NCBI GenBank assembly: GCA_036785375.1
Contig: JAWMAR010000028.1
Span: 1 to 64,000 of the forward strand
Length of the DNA stretch: 64,000 bases
Source of the DNA: Leucoraja ocellata
Taxonomy: Eukaryota
Direction: 5' to 3'
The notes under the pieces are model-generated. The model searched no databases, was not told the origin of the DNA, and was given only the letters and a program-made list of their open reading frames with translations. Positions within the stretch are counted from its first letter, which is position 1. The number at the start of each line of letters is the position of its first letter. Both the position numbers and the translations under genes were made by a program. Of this stretch, positions 1 through 13,384 are shown piece after piece.

Positions 1-2600
1 TGGTTTGTTTCAGAAGTTCTCAATGAGCCCATTTAAGAAACAAGTCCGTGCCAATAAATGAAGTGAATATTTGATCTGACACAGAGTAAAATTAGTGATT
101 AATCTTTAAAAATAAGTGGCGTTTCTGTTCCAAATAATAATCATTTGCATTTGAGAGATGATTGATTCCATTAGGGTTTATGTGCTTCTTAAGGTTGATT
201 GTATTGGGTAAATATCGCATACAATTTAAAAATAATTTTCCCTCTCGGTTTACATTGAGAACACATTTTCAAACGTTGCCGGCGCTACAACTGCACCTTG
301 ACCTTGATGTTTTGACCTTTAACTGTTCATATATACTTGTGTAATTTGAAAAGAAAAACAGCAATGGAACTGACATAATGTGCAGTTTTGTTCCCAAATG
401 ATATTTGAAATGGTCTCTTTAAATCAAGGAATGGGCAAAATTTAAAAGACCGTTGTTTTACGGGACCTCTCCAATTAACAATGTGGGTCAATTAAAGAGA
501 TGGTTTGGATGAGGACTTCCAGAGCGAAACTGAAACAAATGTTCTAACTGTGATAATGTAAATAAAACCAAGTTACGTTTTAATGCCACTCTTCTTATTA
601 GATAAATACGAATTTTGGACAAATGGTCAGTCCTGTTTTTGTTGTCCTTTCTCTGAGGATTAACAGCAGCAGTTCATGGAATCACAGATAAACTTCACGG
701 AAACAACCAGAATCTCCAAGGCAGGATTGCTGGGTAACTCATATTCGCTTTGGCGTGATATCTGTAACGTTGAACAAAATGTTACCGCGTAGTAGTGTGC
801 AAAGATCCTATAGCAGAGCTTTGGTAGTGTGGAATTAAATGTTAAAGTATTGAAATATAATTAAACAGGTATATTTCCGGAAGTGTATGTTAGAATACAT
901 TTATTTAAGAAATGCGCATGAATTTGCATTTATTAAAACGCACTTGGCTCGTCCCAAATGATCATAGTACAATTGCTTTGCTTTAGTAAAGATAATACGA
1001 ATTTGAGGAGAGTGCTAATGTGAAGATTTGGTATCTGTGATACCCAGAGCACCAAACACCTGTATACTATAAATGTGAACCGGCCGTATGCTGGTACATG
1101 ATCCGAGTGCTTCAATTGTCGCCATCCAATTCATTGGTATTAAAGCCAAGCTAGATCCATAATTAAACCAGGAATACATATTAACTCTCCAAACCCCGAA
1201 CACATGTGTGCGTGGGTTGAGTGGAGGAGGAAGTTGCATTGTGTAGGAAGGAACTGCAGAATGAAATATATATTTTTTAAAGAAATGACGATAAAGGAAA
1301 CAGGCCATTGTTAGCTGTTTTCTAGGTGAATTGCTCTTGGTTTATGTCAATGCCCGCGGATACGTTATCAATGGCAGATCCTCAGCGAGGCTGCTTAGAC
1401 TCAGCTATTAAATCGAAATCTAGACCAGTTGATGACAAGCACCGGGGAAGATATGCGGATAAAATAGGATGTCAACTATCCTCAATGAATCCTATTCAAA
1501 GTTTACTTTTTTAAAGAAAACATGAATGTGCATGTTTCTGGGACAATCCAGTCCGCACTGCAGAAATACACCCCATCATTGAAAACAGCTCTCCTTTTCA
1601 CTATCGTTAACATTTTATGTCCTTGCTGAAGAATACAAAGGAGAATAGATGATCTATATTCTCAAGCATTTTTTTTTTCAAACACCGTCCTTGCGACTCA
1701 TTACCTGAACTCGTCCAACGATCATTGTTGCTGCCGCGTTCGCAGGTCTCATTATCGACACGGCCATAACAGTGAACGATGGAGGCTAAATACAATTAGA
1801 TGTCATCTTTTCATCTTCATTTATGGTCGTTCATTTAATTGTAATTTATTAATTGAATGATTTTTGTAAAATTGGTGGTATTGTGTTATATTAAAAAGCG
1901 GTGTACATCAGATATCAGGTAGATGAATGGATGTGGACATCCTGCTACAGTTGTCCAAACCGAGTGTGTGTGTGTAATTGCAAAGCCCATAGATAACGCG
2001 CACATGTATTAGTTATCACTGCACAGCACATGTTCTGTTAAACTTCTCCACACATATACGTAAATACCCACACAGTAATCAGCTAACAGTAAACAGCCCT
2101 TTCAGTGGCAGTACATTAGAAAGCAATTTGAGATATAAATTTGAATAAATTATGACTACTGCACAAAAGTTAATTTCCTACCTGAAACGTCGTACAAGTG
2201 TTACGAGTGCGATGATCAGCCCAACCATCTGATCAACACCTGCGCGGTGCTTAGCGAATATAATGTAAAAATTAGCTGATCAGTTGTCCACGCTGTGATT
2301 TATTTGTCTATTTCTACTTGCGGTGGCAAAGTTTCAAACGACCTGGTAGAATATATCAACAGTGTGTGTATGCATGCTGGGATAATGATGCAGTAATTGT
2401 AATTAGTCACTTGCAAAAAGCAAAAGAATTCACCTACACATATGATACGGGTATAAAACAAATTGATAGTAGTTACTTTCAAATTACCTATCTATTTGAT
2501 ATGGCGGTGAGGTCTAGTTTAAAATCTATTTTATGCTGCTGGCATATAATTAACCAATATGATTTTACTCAATGCCGTGCATGTTAGGTTTTTTCTAGAA

Positions 2601-2696
2601 GGTAGACACAAATGTTGGAGTAACTCAGCGGGACAGGCAGCATCTCTGGAGAGAATGGATGGGTGACGTTTCGGGTCGAGACCTTTCTTCAGACCG
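2601..2696 (-). mobile_element. Penelope-derived short unit with minimal hammerhead core, TSD-flanked
   Basis: Minus strand reads GGT CTGAAGA AAGGTCTCGACCC GAAAC GTC ACC; 10-bp direct repeat TTTTCTAGAA at 2591-2600 and 2697-2706. Confidence 0.8.
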
Positions 2697-4782
2697 TTTT
2701 CTAGAATCCCAGAACCATCTGAACTAGTTAATATAACCTTCTTTATATACCCGAAACTATTGTTTTGGCGTTCGGAACAGAGGCAAATGCCCTATGATTT
2801 TTTAAAATTACGTCGGATTAGTAGCGATGTCGGTTGGTGAATAGCATCGTGATATCAATCAAAGTTTGTTAATAATTAAGTAATTAACCAAGCCTCTACT
2901 TACAGATGTCACGGGGCAGATAGTATCTAATTTGACCTGAAAGATGACAATCGGGCATCGTCATTCGGACGATAGTGCACAATTTCCATTATAGATTTTA
3001 AAAGTTTTAATAACAAATCAGGAAAACAAATGTATACATAAACCCAGTTTTTGAATATATATTTACATTGATTTAAAAAAAATTCTCAGGTTATCAAAAC
3101 ATTTAAAAAAACGAACAAGATCTGCAATTGTTTCCAATTATTAGTTTTTTTTGTGTCACAATATTTGCACAGTTTCTTTGCTCGATTGTTATTCTAGATA
3201 GCAACACGTTTCACATATTGAAGATTACTCTGACTCCACCACTGACAGTCAATGTTGTCATTCTTTAGGTCCGTTAATTATGAGACATATGCGTCATCCA
3301 TGCTAACCAATTTATGCTGGAACGATAAAAGCATTTTTTTGTAAACCGCCAAACATTAAGACACAGACTTGGGAACAAAATGTTTCCAATCACATACCGT
3401 AATTTTCTTTTGGCAAAACGCTAGCTATAATTTCTTTGACATTTATCTGACTGAATATTGATAAGAACCATGAATTTTGAGAATCCAGTTACGGAAGGGC
3501 GATTTATGGTCGTCCCTGCTCCGCCCTGAAGAAACAGAGATTAAAATTCATTTCTATCTTCACAAAAAATTAAAAGGTAATTTTGTAATTTACTACCGAC
3601 GGAGTAAGGGAAATGTTAAAGATAATGAATGCCAAATGTATGGAATTAATAGTTTATGAATTTAGTACAACGCACCACTCTTTCTAAAAATAGCTGCGGG
3701 ATTTAATGCTATTTAATATTAGGTTCATGTACACAATTGTTAAAAGCAAAATGCGATTGCACTGCCGGAGGCAACGTTTACAGAAGAAAGGTTGAATTCA
3801 CTGTCCAGCCACTTCTCAGATTACATAATCCGTTCCAACATGTCTGGAAAGACTGGCTCCACAAAAATCAGAAAGACTTTTAACGGGAGATCGTCTAAAG
3901 TAGCAACAAGATTTTTTATTTGTCGGGAGAAATGAAACAACCTAACTAATATACTCTCGCTGTATTGTGCATCGCATCACCGAATGTTGTTCATTACGGG
4001 GGGAAGATTTGCGGGTTTATCGTCTGTGGATAGAAATTTAAGACCCGCAATGTCTCTCCCACGTGTTTTGAAGCAACCAGTTTAGATTAAATCTGATTGT
4101 TTGACCCTTTCAGAGATCTTTACTTGAAGAGCGCATGCATTTGATTTATTTAACCATGGTAACCCAATGGCATTGCGTAGACTGTTACAATGGGGCCCCT
4201 TGAGAACAGTGAATTGGGAGATTATTCAGTTAAATACATCTTTCTAGACTCGAGAGATTAATCGTCTCCCTGTCTTCGTCTTGGTTATGCTTATACTGCG
4301 CCTAATAATATGCGATCCAAGCTGATCCAGAATCAATTTTGACTTGGGAGAACCGGATTGTGTTGTACTGCTGTCACCGCAGTCAGGATACTGGACTGAG
4401 TTCTGGGACATACACTCCCTGAGCGTAGATCTCCCCTCAGTGCATTACATTGTGTTGAGGGCGCCAGACTGGGCGTTTGAAACATTTAAAGTACAGTAAC
4501 TCTGTCTAAATTCCTGAAGAGTACAGCAGACCCGAGACACACTGAGAAAGTCACCAAAGCCAGTTCGACATCGACAATCTGCACGACAAACCTACTCACT
4601 TTCCACAGTCCATTCGGCCCGAAGTCTGCTCATCAGTGGAGCAGCGAACTTGGTGGTATAATTCGATATTCTGCTCAAAGCTTTGAGATACAATTTAACA
4701 CCTGCAACGGAATATTTGGAAGGCCATTGATCCTTACTTTGATCTGAGTAATTTGGTCGATCTGCCACTGCATAACTATAAT

Positions 4783-5019
4783 AAAAGACACAAGGTGCTG
4801 GAGTAACAGCGGGTCAGGCAGCATCTCAGGAGAACATGGACAGGTGACGTTTTGGGTCGGGACTCTTCTTCAGACTGATGACCGAATTATTCTGAACACG
4901 GGTCCCGACCCGAAACGTCACCGATCTATGTTCTCCAGAGATGCTGCCCGATTCGTTGAGTTACTCCGACACTTTGTGTCTTTTGTTTAACCAGCATCTG
5001 CAGTTCCTTGTTTCTACAC
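4783..5019. mobile_element. Inverted (foldback) pair of Penelope-derived hammerhead units
   Basis: Arms at about 4783-4875 and 4891-4984 are reverse complements, followed by the CCAGCATCTGCAGTTCCT tail. Confidence 0.8.
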
Positions 5020-8000
5020 TTATAGCCGTCACTTCCGAGTGGTGAATGGTATAAACATAATCCTCTAGCATTTGAATCGAGCTTCCATCTTATTCACTTG
5101 CCAGTATTGTTTCGTTTTAAAATGTATATTGCTTACTTTAGAGATATCCAGTAAATGGCAGTCCAAACAATCACGGATGTCCTCTCCACTCACCTTGTCA
5201 TATAAAGCGAGCAAGAATGGAAAACTTCATAACTATTTTGTGACAGTTGTTAAAATAAGTTTGTATACTTTGATAAATATATTCGCCCACGTCAAGTTGA
5301 ATACAACGTGAGCTAGCTATGGAAATATCCTTGAAAAACAGAACTGGCGAGTATTCGCTCCTAGATGGGCTGAATTAAACATTACTGCATTCAGTAAACA
5401 TCCCAAGGGTTTCCACCTTGGCAGCGACATGGACTGTAAACATGTTACCTTAGGTTTGTAAATCGTGATTTTGAAAAAAAGAGCGAAACTGTTAAAGATT
5501 ACATTTCAATCTCAGCAAAGGTGTTTGAGAGAAAGGTTTGACAAATCTGATTAACCAGCGCATTTCGGAGCATCTCATGGATAAATTGCACCAACCCTGG
5601 AATTACCGCAAAGTCCCACTCCCGCGAATGACGCTCTGTCCTAACTATTTAAAACGCATATTTGCCAATATAACCCAATGACGACAACTGCTTGATTAGA
5701 AAGTCCCAACTTTATATTTTGCAGTAAAATTGATTTTATTTTTTATATTTACCATGTGTTTGGATCAATTGGTTCCTCAACCTAAAACATATTTCAATTC
5801 AATATTGTTAATTTTGAAATGACCAGAATGAAGAAAATCACCCGCCTCCAATTACGTGTTCACGGGTTGCATTGTATTCCTAGCGGTACCCAGGGTATAA
5901 CGTGCTACAGGGTTCTTGCATCTCTTCTTGGACCAAGGGAACGTAATTTAGCTCCAGACGATAAACGATACTTCTCTGCAATATATGTCTCGGCGCTGGT
6001 TATAAACCAGTGGCTCCGGATTGTACATTTGTCAGATCTGATTCTAATTGCTGTGATGGGAAAGATTAACTTTAATTTAAAAATGCTGTGCGAGTCATGG
6101 AGATAAAAATACGTTTAAATTCTAATTTTGATGTGTTGTGGCAGTGGAATTTTTTACCTACACGGAGTATTTGCCGTGCCGTGAACACCGTGCTTAAGAA
6201 CACCAATGCTGATGGGGTGGAAATTACACGTTTTCTCTGCAGAGGGTTCGGAGAGACTGTCCAGAGACTGCAAATGTGAAATTGCCCCTTGTTCGGATGG
6301 GCTGCGATGTACAAAGGACCAGTTATTTCGTGTTCTTATCCCTTTGTCTATAAACCTAATTAATTCCTTACAACGATTTCACAGAGAGGATTTTATTTTA
6401 ACCTGGCAAAATATGATCAGTCTTTTCAAATACAGTATCGGAATTTAAATTCAGCTTGGGGTGCTGTTTGGAAGTCTCCCCCCTGATGAATATTAAACGG
6501 CGAGCATGAAGCGTTTAAGGACCTTAATTTGGGCTGGGTCACTACCATTCGCCGTAGTGTTGAACCTATTGCAATAAACCTGATAACATTCTCAAGTTAT
6601 TGGCATAATTGGGCAACCTCGTGTAGAGAGGCCATTAGGATGAATGGTGTGTGAAATGAAAATGCAGGAGGGTGTGTTCTTTTGAGCCTTTTACTTAAGG
6701 ACTCGTACTGAAATGGTTTAGAATATGAAGTGATCAGTGTCTATTATAGGCAGGGAAGTTGAAGATAATTACTAACTACCAAAATGGAAAAAGGATCGGT
6801 CCTCAACACAGAGGGTTCTAAACTCTCAATAAACTCCCACGCAAGCAATCATTCATGTTAACCACACACACCTATCTTTAATATTATTGGAAAATCTTGA
6901 AACCACCATTCCAATAATTATTGGTGAGCTCTGCCATCCAGGATCGTAGGCAGGAAATCCTTTCTCTTTACAACTACCGGTAGGAGAAATTTGGAACTCC
7001 TGCCCTAAAATATTATGGATGTTGTCTCAAGTGGCTGATTGGATTTGAGGTACAAATCGGTTATGATTTTCAACCATTAAACTGACATAAACTCATTACT
7101 GCTCCTCGAAGTTCTTCTTAGCTGGTTCACATTATGTGTGACTGCAATCTCCAACCAACATGATAAATTCTTAATCACACTATGAGTCATTCTGCAGTAT
7201 AAAGCTGCGCCATAACTGCCTTTTCAGTACAAACAGCCTTCTTTTGCAGTAATGTCCATATCCTAACCAGTTCCATTAGTTCACTGTTTCACCATAGCCT
7301 ACATTATACTATTAGAGAATTGCTTAGGGTTTTTTTTTTGGTATACCATTTCAAAATGATAGGAAAGACAGTGGGATATTGGCTGTGGGCAAATTGGCCT
7401 AGTTTAGATGGGACATCTTGGTCGGCATAGACAAGTAGTGCCAAAGGCCCTGTTTCCATGCTGTATGGCTCTTCCTTTGAAAACCTGTTGTGTGTTGTTC
7501 TCTAACTGAGCAAACAACTGGGCAACTAATGGTTCTCTGTTCTGGTAGCTTTGCAGGGAAACATGGCACTATTATAATTTTGTTAATTTCAAGGAAGAGG
7601 AAGTAAATTTACTGCAGGGAAAAATAGCAGCAATGGCTTTGGAGATAAACGTTTTTTTCCATAGTGGGTAGTATTTCTATTAATTATTCTGTGGCCTTAA
7701 CCATTTGCCAAATATCTATTTTCTTATGGAAAGTCTTGCTCATTAATATTTACTTTTTAACAGATTATCCCCGAAACATCTACCCCCAAAACATCCCCGA
7801 TCATCACAAAACGAATCAATATCTTATGGTAGAGATTATTGTGAAATATACCACAAATGGGTCACAAACAGGTATTCCCCATCAAATGTTTACTTGGCAT
7901 TTTATTAGTGTTGTGGAGATAGCTGCGTTTCATATATCTTCTTGTTTCAACAACAAATAGGAAAGAACCATATAATTCAGACATTGATAGGTATTATATA

Positions 8001-8442
8001 CATAATGATTTTACAAGTGGGGTTGATGTCCCTTTATTTAGAGCTTTGCATGAAGAAAATATTTGAAATCAAATTAGGAGTGGTGTCAAACTAATCACTC
8101 CAGTGTAGTTTAACAATATCCGATTCTGGAACTATGTTGCCAATGCTACAGTAAATGCAGTGATCAGAAACCCGGAATTAGCAAGGCTTAGATATCTTGG
8201 AGAGGCTATAAGGACTCAAGCATGTTAAGTTGAAACTGTGGAAGGATTTGAAAACAAGTGAGAATTTAATTTAAAGTATTGGTCTAACAGAGTCAATGTA
8301 GGTGATTAAGAAGTGGATGGGCAAACATAATGCAAGTTAGAAATGAGCAGTGTCATTTTGGATGACTTCAAGTTCTTGGAAAGGAAAAAGGTGAGCTTCC
8401 AAATAGAGGTAATAATGCTCAGTAAATGTTTCAACAGCAGAT

Positions 8443-8720
8443 GGCAAGGTGGCACAGTGGTAGAGTTATTGCCTTACAATGCCAGAGACCTGGGTTCGAT
8501 CCGGAACTTGTCTTCACGGAGTTTGTATGTTCTCCCCGTGACCTGCATGGGTTTCTCCCACACTCCAAAGACATACAGGTTTGCAGGTTAATTGGTTTGG
8601 TGTAAATGTAAAATATTGTCCCTAGTGTCAGATAATGGTAATGTGCAGGGATCGCTGGGCAGTGTGGACTCGATGGGCCGAAGGGCCCGTTTCCACGCTG
8701 TATCTCTAATCTAAACTAAA
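8443..8720 (+). mobile_element. HE1-type tRNA-derived SINE
   Basis: A box TGGCACAGTGGTAG, B box GGGTTCGATCC, CR1-like tail GGGCCGAAGGGCC..CTGTATCTCTAA(TCTAAA)n. Confidence 0.85.
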
Positions 8721-11700
8721 ATGACTGTAATCAAGTAACGTTACAGAAGTAAAACGAGGCAATCCTATCATACCTATGGATACACAGTTCAATGATGTCT
8801 CTGAATCAAGAGTGGCACTAATATGGTGATTCATCTACTTCACCTCAAAAAGTTAGGGATTAAAATACTGTGTTGGTGAAAAGAAACAAGGATGTTTTTG
8901 TTTTTTTCCAGGTATTTAAGTTGGATGAAATTTCTGCATCCAACTAAATGTCTGGAAAACCTAGAAATTTCTGCCCATGAAGTGGTGAATGCTGGGCAGT
9001 CTGACAATTTAATAAATTGCAGTGTTTAGAAAGGTGATAGTTGGCAGGCAATGGGTGGAACCTGGTGAGGGGAGAGATGATAGGCAGATGGAGCGAGGTG
9101 GGTGAGGGAGGGATGTAGTTGAGAGACATCAGACGGTGGATGACATAAGGAAAGCACAAGTAAATTATAGTCCAGAAGTACAAAGGGGGGGGGGGGGGGG
9201 GGGGGGGGGGGAGAGAACTTGATGAAAACACAAGATGCTCTGTATGGATGTATGTATAGATAATGTTTCCTCTTGGAGAACCTAGACAAGCTTAAACATC
9301 AAGGGTTGACCAGTTATGGTCATCTTTTCTCTCTCTTAAGGTCACGAGTCTTAAGAACTTTCTTCCAAATCCAAAGCAGAATCTTTTGACGGCAGAGGTA
9401 AAAAGATTCTTGATAAACAAGTGGGTCAAAGGTTACCATGGGTGGACAGGAATTTGAAGTTGTGGTCACAATCCAATCAGCCTTGATTTTCTGAAATGCA
9501 AAGCAAGCTTGAGGGTCTGAGTAGCTTGCTCCTGTTCTTAATTGGTATGGGACTGACTTGATGAGTTAATTGCACCAAGAAGACCATGTTCCAGATTAGT
9601 GAATGGAGTCATTGCTCTGGAGACAATGTCAAAGAGAGTGAGAGGCAAACCAGCTTTTACACATTCCATATTTTTATTTATGTACTGAATTCAACAGAAA
9701 AATAAAATTAAACCCACAACTTCAAGCTAGAAGGACAAGGTGCGAGAACGACGTAGATTTCAAGATTTTTGAAAATTTTGTGGTTAATTTTAATGTTTTT
9801 GTAAACGGCTCGAAGAATGATGGTTAATAGGCGAAACAGAAGCACCTTTCTCTCGGGATTAAGTAACCAATGATTAAAACCTTATCTTGGTAATTGGAAA
9901 AGTTGTTTTAAACAGTCCTTTGAGAATTGTGTGCCTGTGAGTGGAAAGAGATAAAAGGGCAAACTGGAACATGGATGAGGACAAACTTTAAAAAAAAAGG
10001 AAAAGGGCCATCCTAGAGTTTAAATTAGAAATGCTAAAGAATAATTATGAAGCAAGGCAAAATAACTTACTGGTGTGAAAAGCATATTGTGCACATTTAT
10101 GTAAAGCCATATGGATTGAGTTTGACAATATGGGCTATCCCACTTGTTCACAATAAAACAAGGCAGATTAATGCTTTGCATTTGACAACATCGTCAACCA
10201 TGATTGCTGGGTTCACAATGGACATTGAAGGGCTAATTGCGTTTATGATCCCTATATTTAATTCAGTCACAATTGTATGTTATGTACACAGCCTTCAGTA
10301 TCATACGAGTTGGTTAAGTCAATGTTTATTTTATTTTTTATAAAAGAATCAGTCCATTCACCAATAGTATTGAACACAACATTTCCAGCAAAACTATATC
10401 TATTTGTTCCTAGAGAATTGTTTCTAGCCCGAGACTTAAACTTCACTTACTGCCAGGTGAGCAGAACAGCTTGTAAAAAGGTTAGGTAAGTACATACAAA
10501 TTTCATTCTGGTCTTGCTTTGGTTGTTAATATTCATGGAAATTTGAGCAATTCACTTTAGCGCATAAAAGTGAACTTTTGATATCCTGCAATGTTGTCAA
10601 ATTATTCTGAGCGGCAGAGATCTAAGAAGCCAATGCTTCTGGTTCACAGATGATAATGTTTTCTTATTACATCTGGGCATCACTGGCAAGGCCAGTATTT
10701 TTAGCCCATCCCTAACTGTGCTCAAAGTGTGATGGTGAACCATCTTCATGAACCACTGCAGCCCCGCTGAAAATAATAGGTGAGAAACAGGAGGAAGCCA
10801 TGGATAAAAAAGGCCACTGTTGATTGCTTTGGCTATTATTACAGCTCAAAAGGAGAATGAATCAATGGCAGATCAAAGTCAATTTTAGAAACATTTGTGA
10901 TCATTTGACTGTGAAATATTACATTTCTTTGTTAGCTGAAGATATGGATTATATTCCGCTCCTTGTACCAAGTCAAAATACAGTTTGGCACGTTGTTCCA
11001 GAAAACATCATCCATTTTCCACATGCCTTAAATGGAGACAAAGGATCAAAGATCAGCGTGCAAAATAATTTATTTAAGAATATTACAAGTTACTAAGTAA
11101 AATCTATTGTAAAACAAGTGTACAAAATTCTCAGAGATCCCATGTGGTGAAATCAGAAGAGAATAAATGGCTTGGAATGACAATCGAAGAATAGTTACGT
11201 GAGCCCCTGGAACATAATTAAATTAAATTTGCAACAGTCATTCACTGAAATGGGTTGCACCAATGCAGACCAATTTAGAGAAACTCAAACTCCAATGTAC
11301 TTTTTACTCACTCTAGACCTACTTTTAAAATAAAGCCCATTTAGTTTCATACTTGCTCTGTGCCAGGAAAAGGGGCTGTCTGACACAAAATAAGCAATTC
11401 TTCTCTCGGTCGGGAATGTCAATCTGGAGATCGTTTTGTTTCAATCTTCAATTGTAAATACCAATAACAACTTTGAAAAGAGTGCAGATAAATAAGATAA
11501 GTGAGTAAGATAAATAACTCCTAAACGAAGTAGTTGAGTACTTGACTCAAGCCCAACATTGAAACGTTTTTGGTGGGAAGCAAAGCAAATACATTTTGCG
11601 TGCGCATATTAGATAAAGCTAAGTTTAGATTTAATGTGATCTCCTTTAATATCAAAGGATAATTGTGCAAATATTTGTAACTTGGCAATGCCAAACCAAA

Positions 11701-12735
11701 TTAATCTGGGGAAAAAAAGGCAAAAACAACACACAATTGTAATTTGGGATCAAAGCGATTTACATTTTAGATTACAAGAATTGCAGGACCAGTCATTTGT
11801 ATTTGCAGAATAATTTTGAATCAATGCATCAATAAAAAATAAAGTTCTTAAATGAGCAAGCTCAGAACATACATAAATACAATAGGTCACGTACACAATG
11901 TCCAACCATCTGCATAGTTCTGTCATCCACTTAAGTCTAAGGAATGATCCAATAAGCAGTGGAGAGGAACAAAATGCAAGTTAATATGTTTTGGTACAGC
12001 GGCCTGCTACCACAATTGATGATATGACAACATGCATTAAAGGAGGGTTACAGGTGCTAATGCAAAATCATAAGTTATCTGCATTACCAAAATAAAAGGC
12101 TTAAAACAAACCCAGGGATGTTTTGTATATGTTGGAAGATTCGAATTGATAGAATTTGTATTTCTAAGTTCTATAAAATACATTATTTTCAAATACCTAC
12201 TTCACTGGTGCTCCTTTCTGATTTGTTTAATGTACATGGTTGAATTTTATAAAAAAGGCACCCATGGTAAAGATCATGTCTTAGTGTATTATTACAAAGT
12301 CCGTAAACATAATTCACTACTGGTAGTAACACTTTTAAACATCAACAAGTTAAAATTAAAATGTCCATAAAACTAACAGAACTAGTAATCCATTCATCAA
12401 GAATTGCATTGTGTCACTCATATTTATAAATTCTAATAACCATAATCCAGAAACATTATTAAAAATAACAAAAAATGCATGCAAACTTAAAGTGATAAAT
12501 GACAATAGTATATTTTTGCATTTTTGAGCAAAACTTGCATAAAATTGAGACATCCTCTAGCCACTCCCAATAATTTGTCTTGTTATATTTGATAAACTGT
12601 CATGGGGGTAAACTATATTGCACATTTCATATTTTACAGAAACGTAGTGAGATCAAATAATTTATGAAGTGCATAAAAATTTGTAAAGTGCCAAAAATTA
12701 CAGGTCACACTTCTGACAGGTATTACCGATTATGA

Positions 12736-12741
12736 TTTATT
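12736..12741 (-). terminator. Candidate proximal polyadenylation signal (AATAAA) for GORAB
   Basis: TTTATT on the plus strand about 190 nt past the stop codon. Further candidates lie near 10325-10335. Usage is unverified. Confidence 0.35.
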
Positions 12742-12930
12742 TTCCACCCCAAAGCCAAAATTTTGTTCAAAGATTGAACCGTTAGTAAACTTAAGATATT
12801 ATAATCAAATACAACATTTGAATAAAACGTGAAGAAATGATTTGGGTTCCGTTTCCCAAAAGATTTACAACATTATGAAAATCAGCACCAATTTTGCCCA
12901 AATGTGTTTTTGGAATGCCACCACACATAC

Positions 12931-13384
12931 TCAAGCTATCGCAATAAGTGTCTCAATCTTCTCTGGAATTCTGCAATTCAAATTCAGTTCCTTTAATTTG
13001 TCCTTTGAATTTTCTCTATCCGTTTCACAAGTAACAGCACTCTCTGTTTCCGTTTCAATTTGTTCCAGTAATTGATTCTTGCTGTCACCCTGTTGAATAC
13101 TCTGCTGTGATGATTTGTCAGTTCCTGCATTTGTCTGATCAGTTGCCTTGGCTGGTTCTTGACGCTGTAACATACTTTCCACTTCAATCTCTAGTTCTAG
13201 CTGCTCATCATCTGTCTCCATTTCCAATTGCTGCATCAGTTCCTCCAACTTCTTAGATTTGCGTAGTTCATTCTGCTGGATTATGGCACACAGATGCTCA
13301 GTCAGTTGCTCCTTCTGGTCAATCTTCTTGTGAAGATCCATCTTAGCTGCAACATATTCCACTTCTGCTTTATCATACCTCTTC
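12931..13384 (-). CDS. GORAB: GORAB coding exon 5 (terminal coiled coil, stop TGA)
   Basis: [42 protein letters not shown]; acceptor CCCTCAG|G; stop at 12933-12931. Confidence 0.95.

Noticed and set aside
8443-8520. tRNA gene
   Set aside because: The A and B boxes belong to an HE1 SINE head followed by a SINE body and tail; there is no cloverleaf.
9185-9211. Poly-G tract (others at about 27297, 30824, 33236, 37870 and 50711) as functional G-quadruplex or poly-Pro coding
   Set aside because: These are simple homopolymers, mostly within repeats, with unreliable length and no supporting context.
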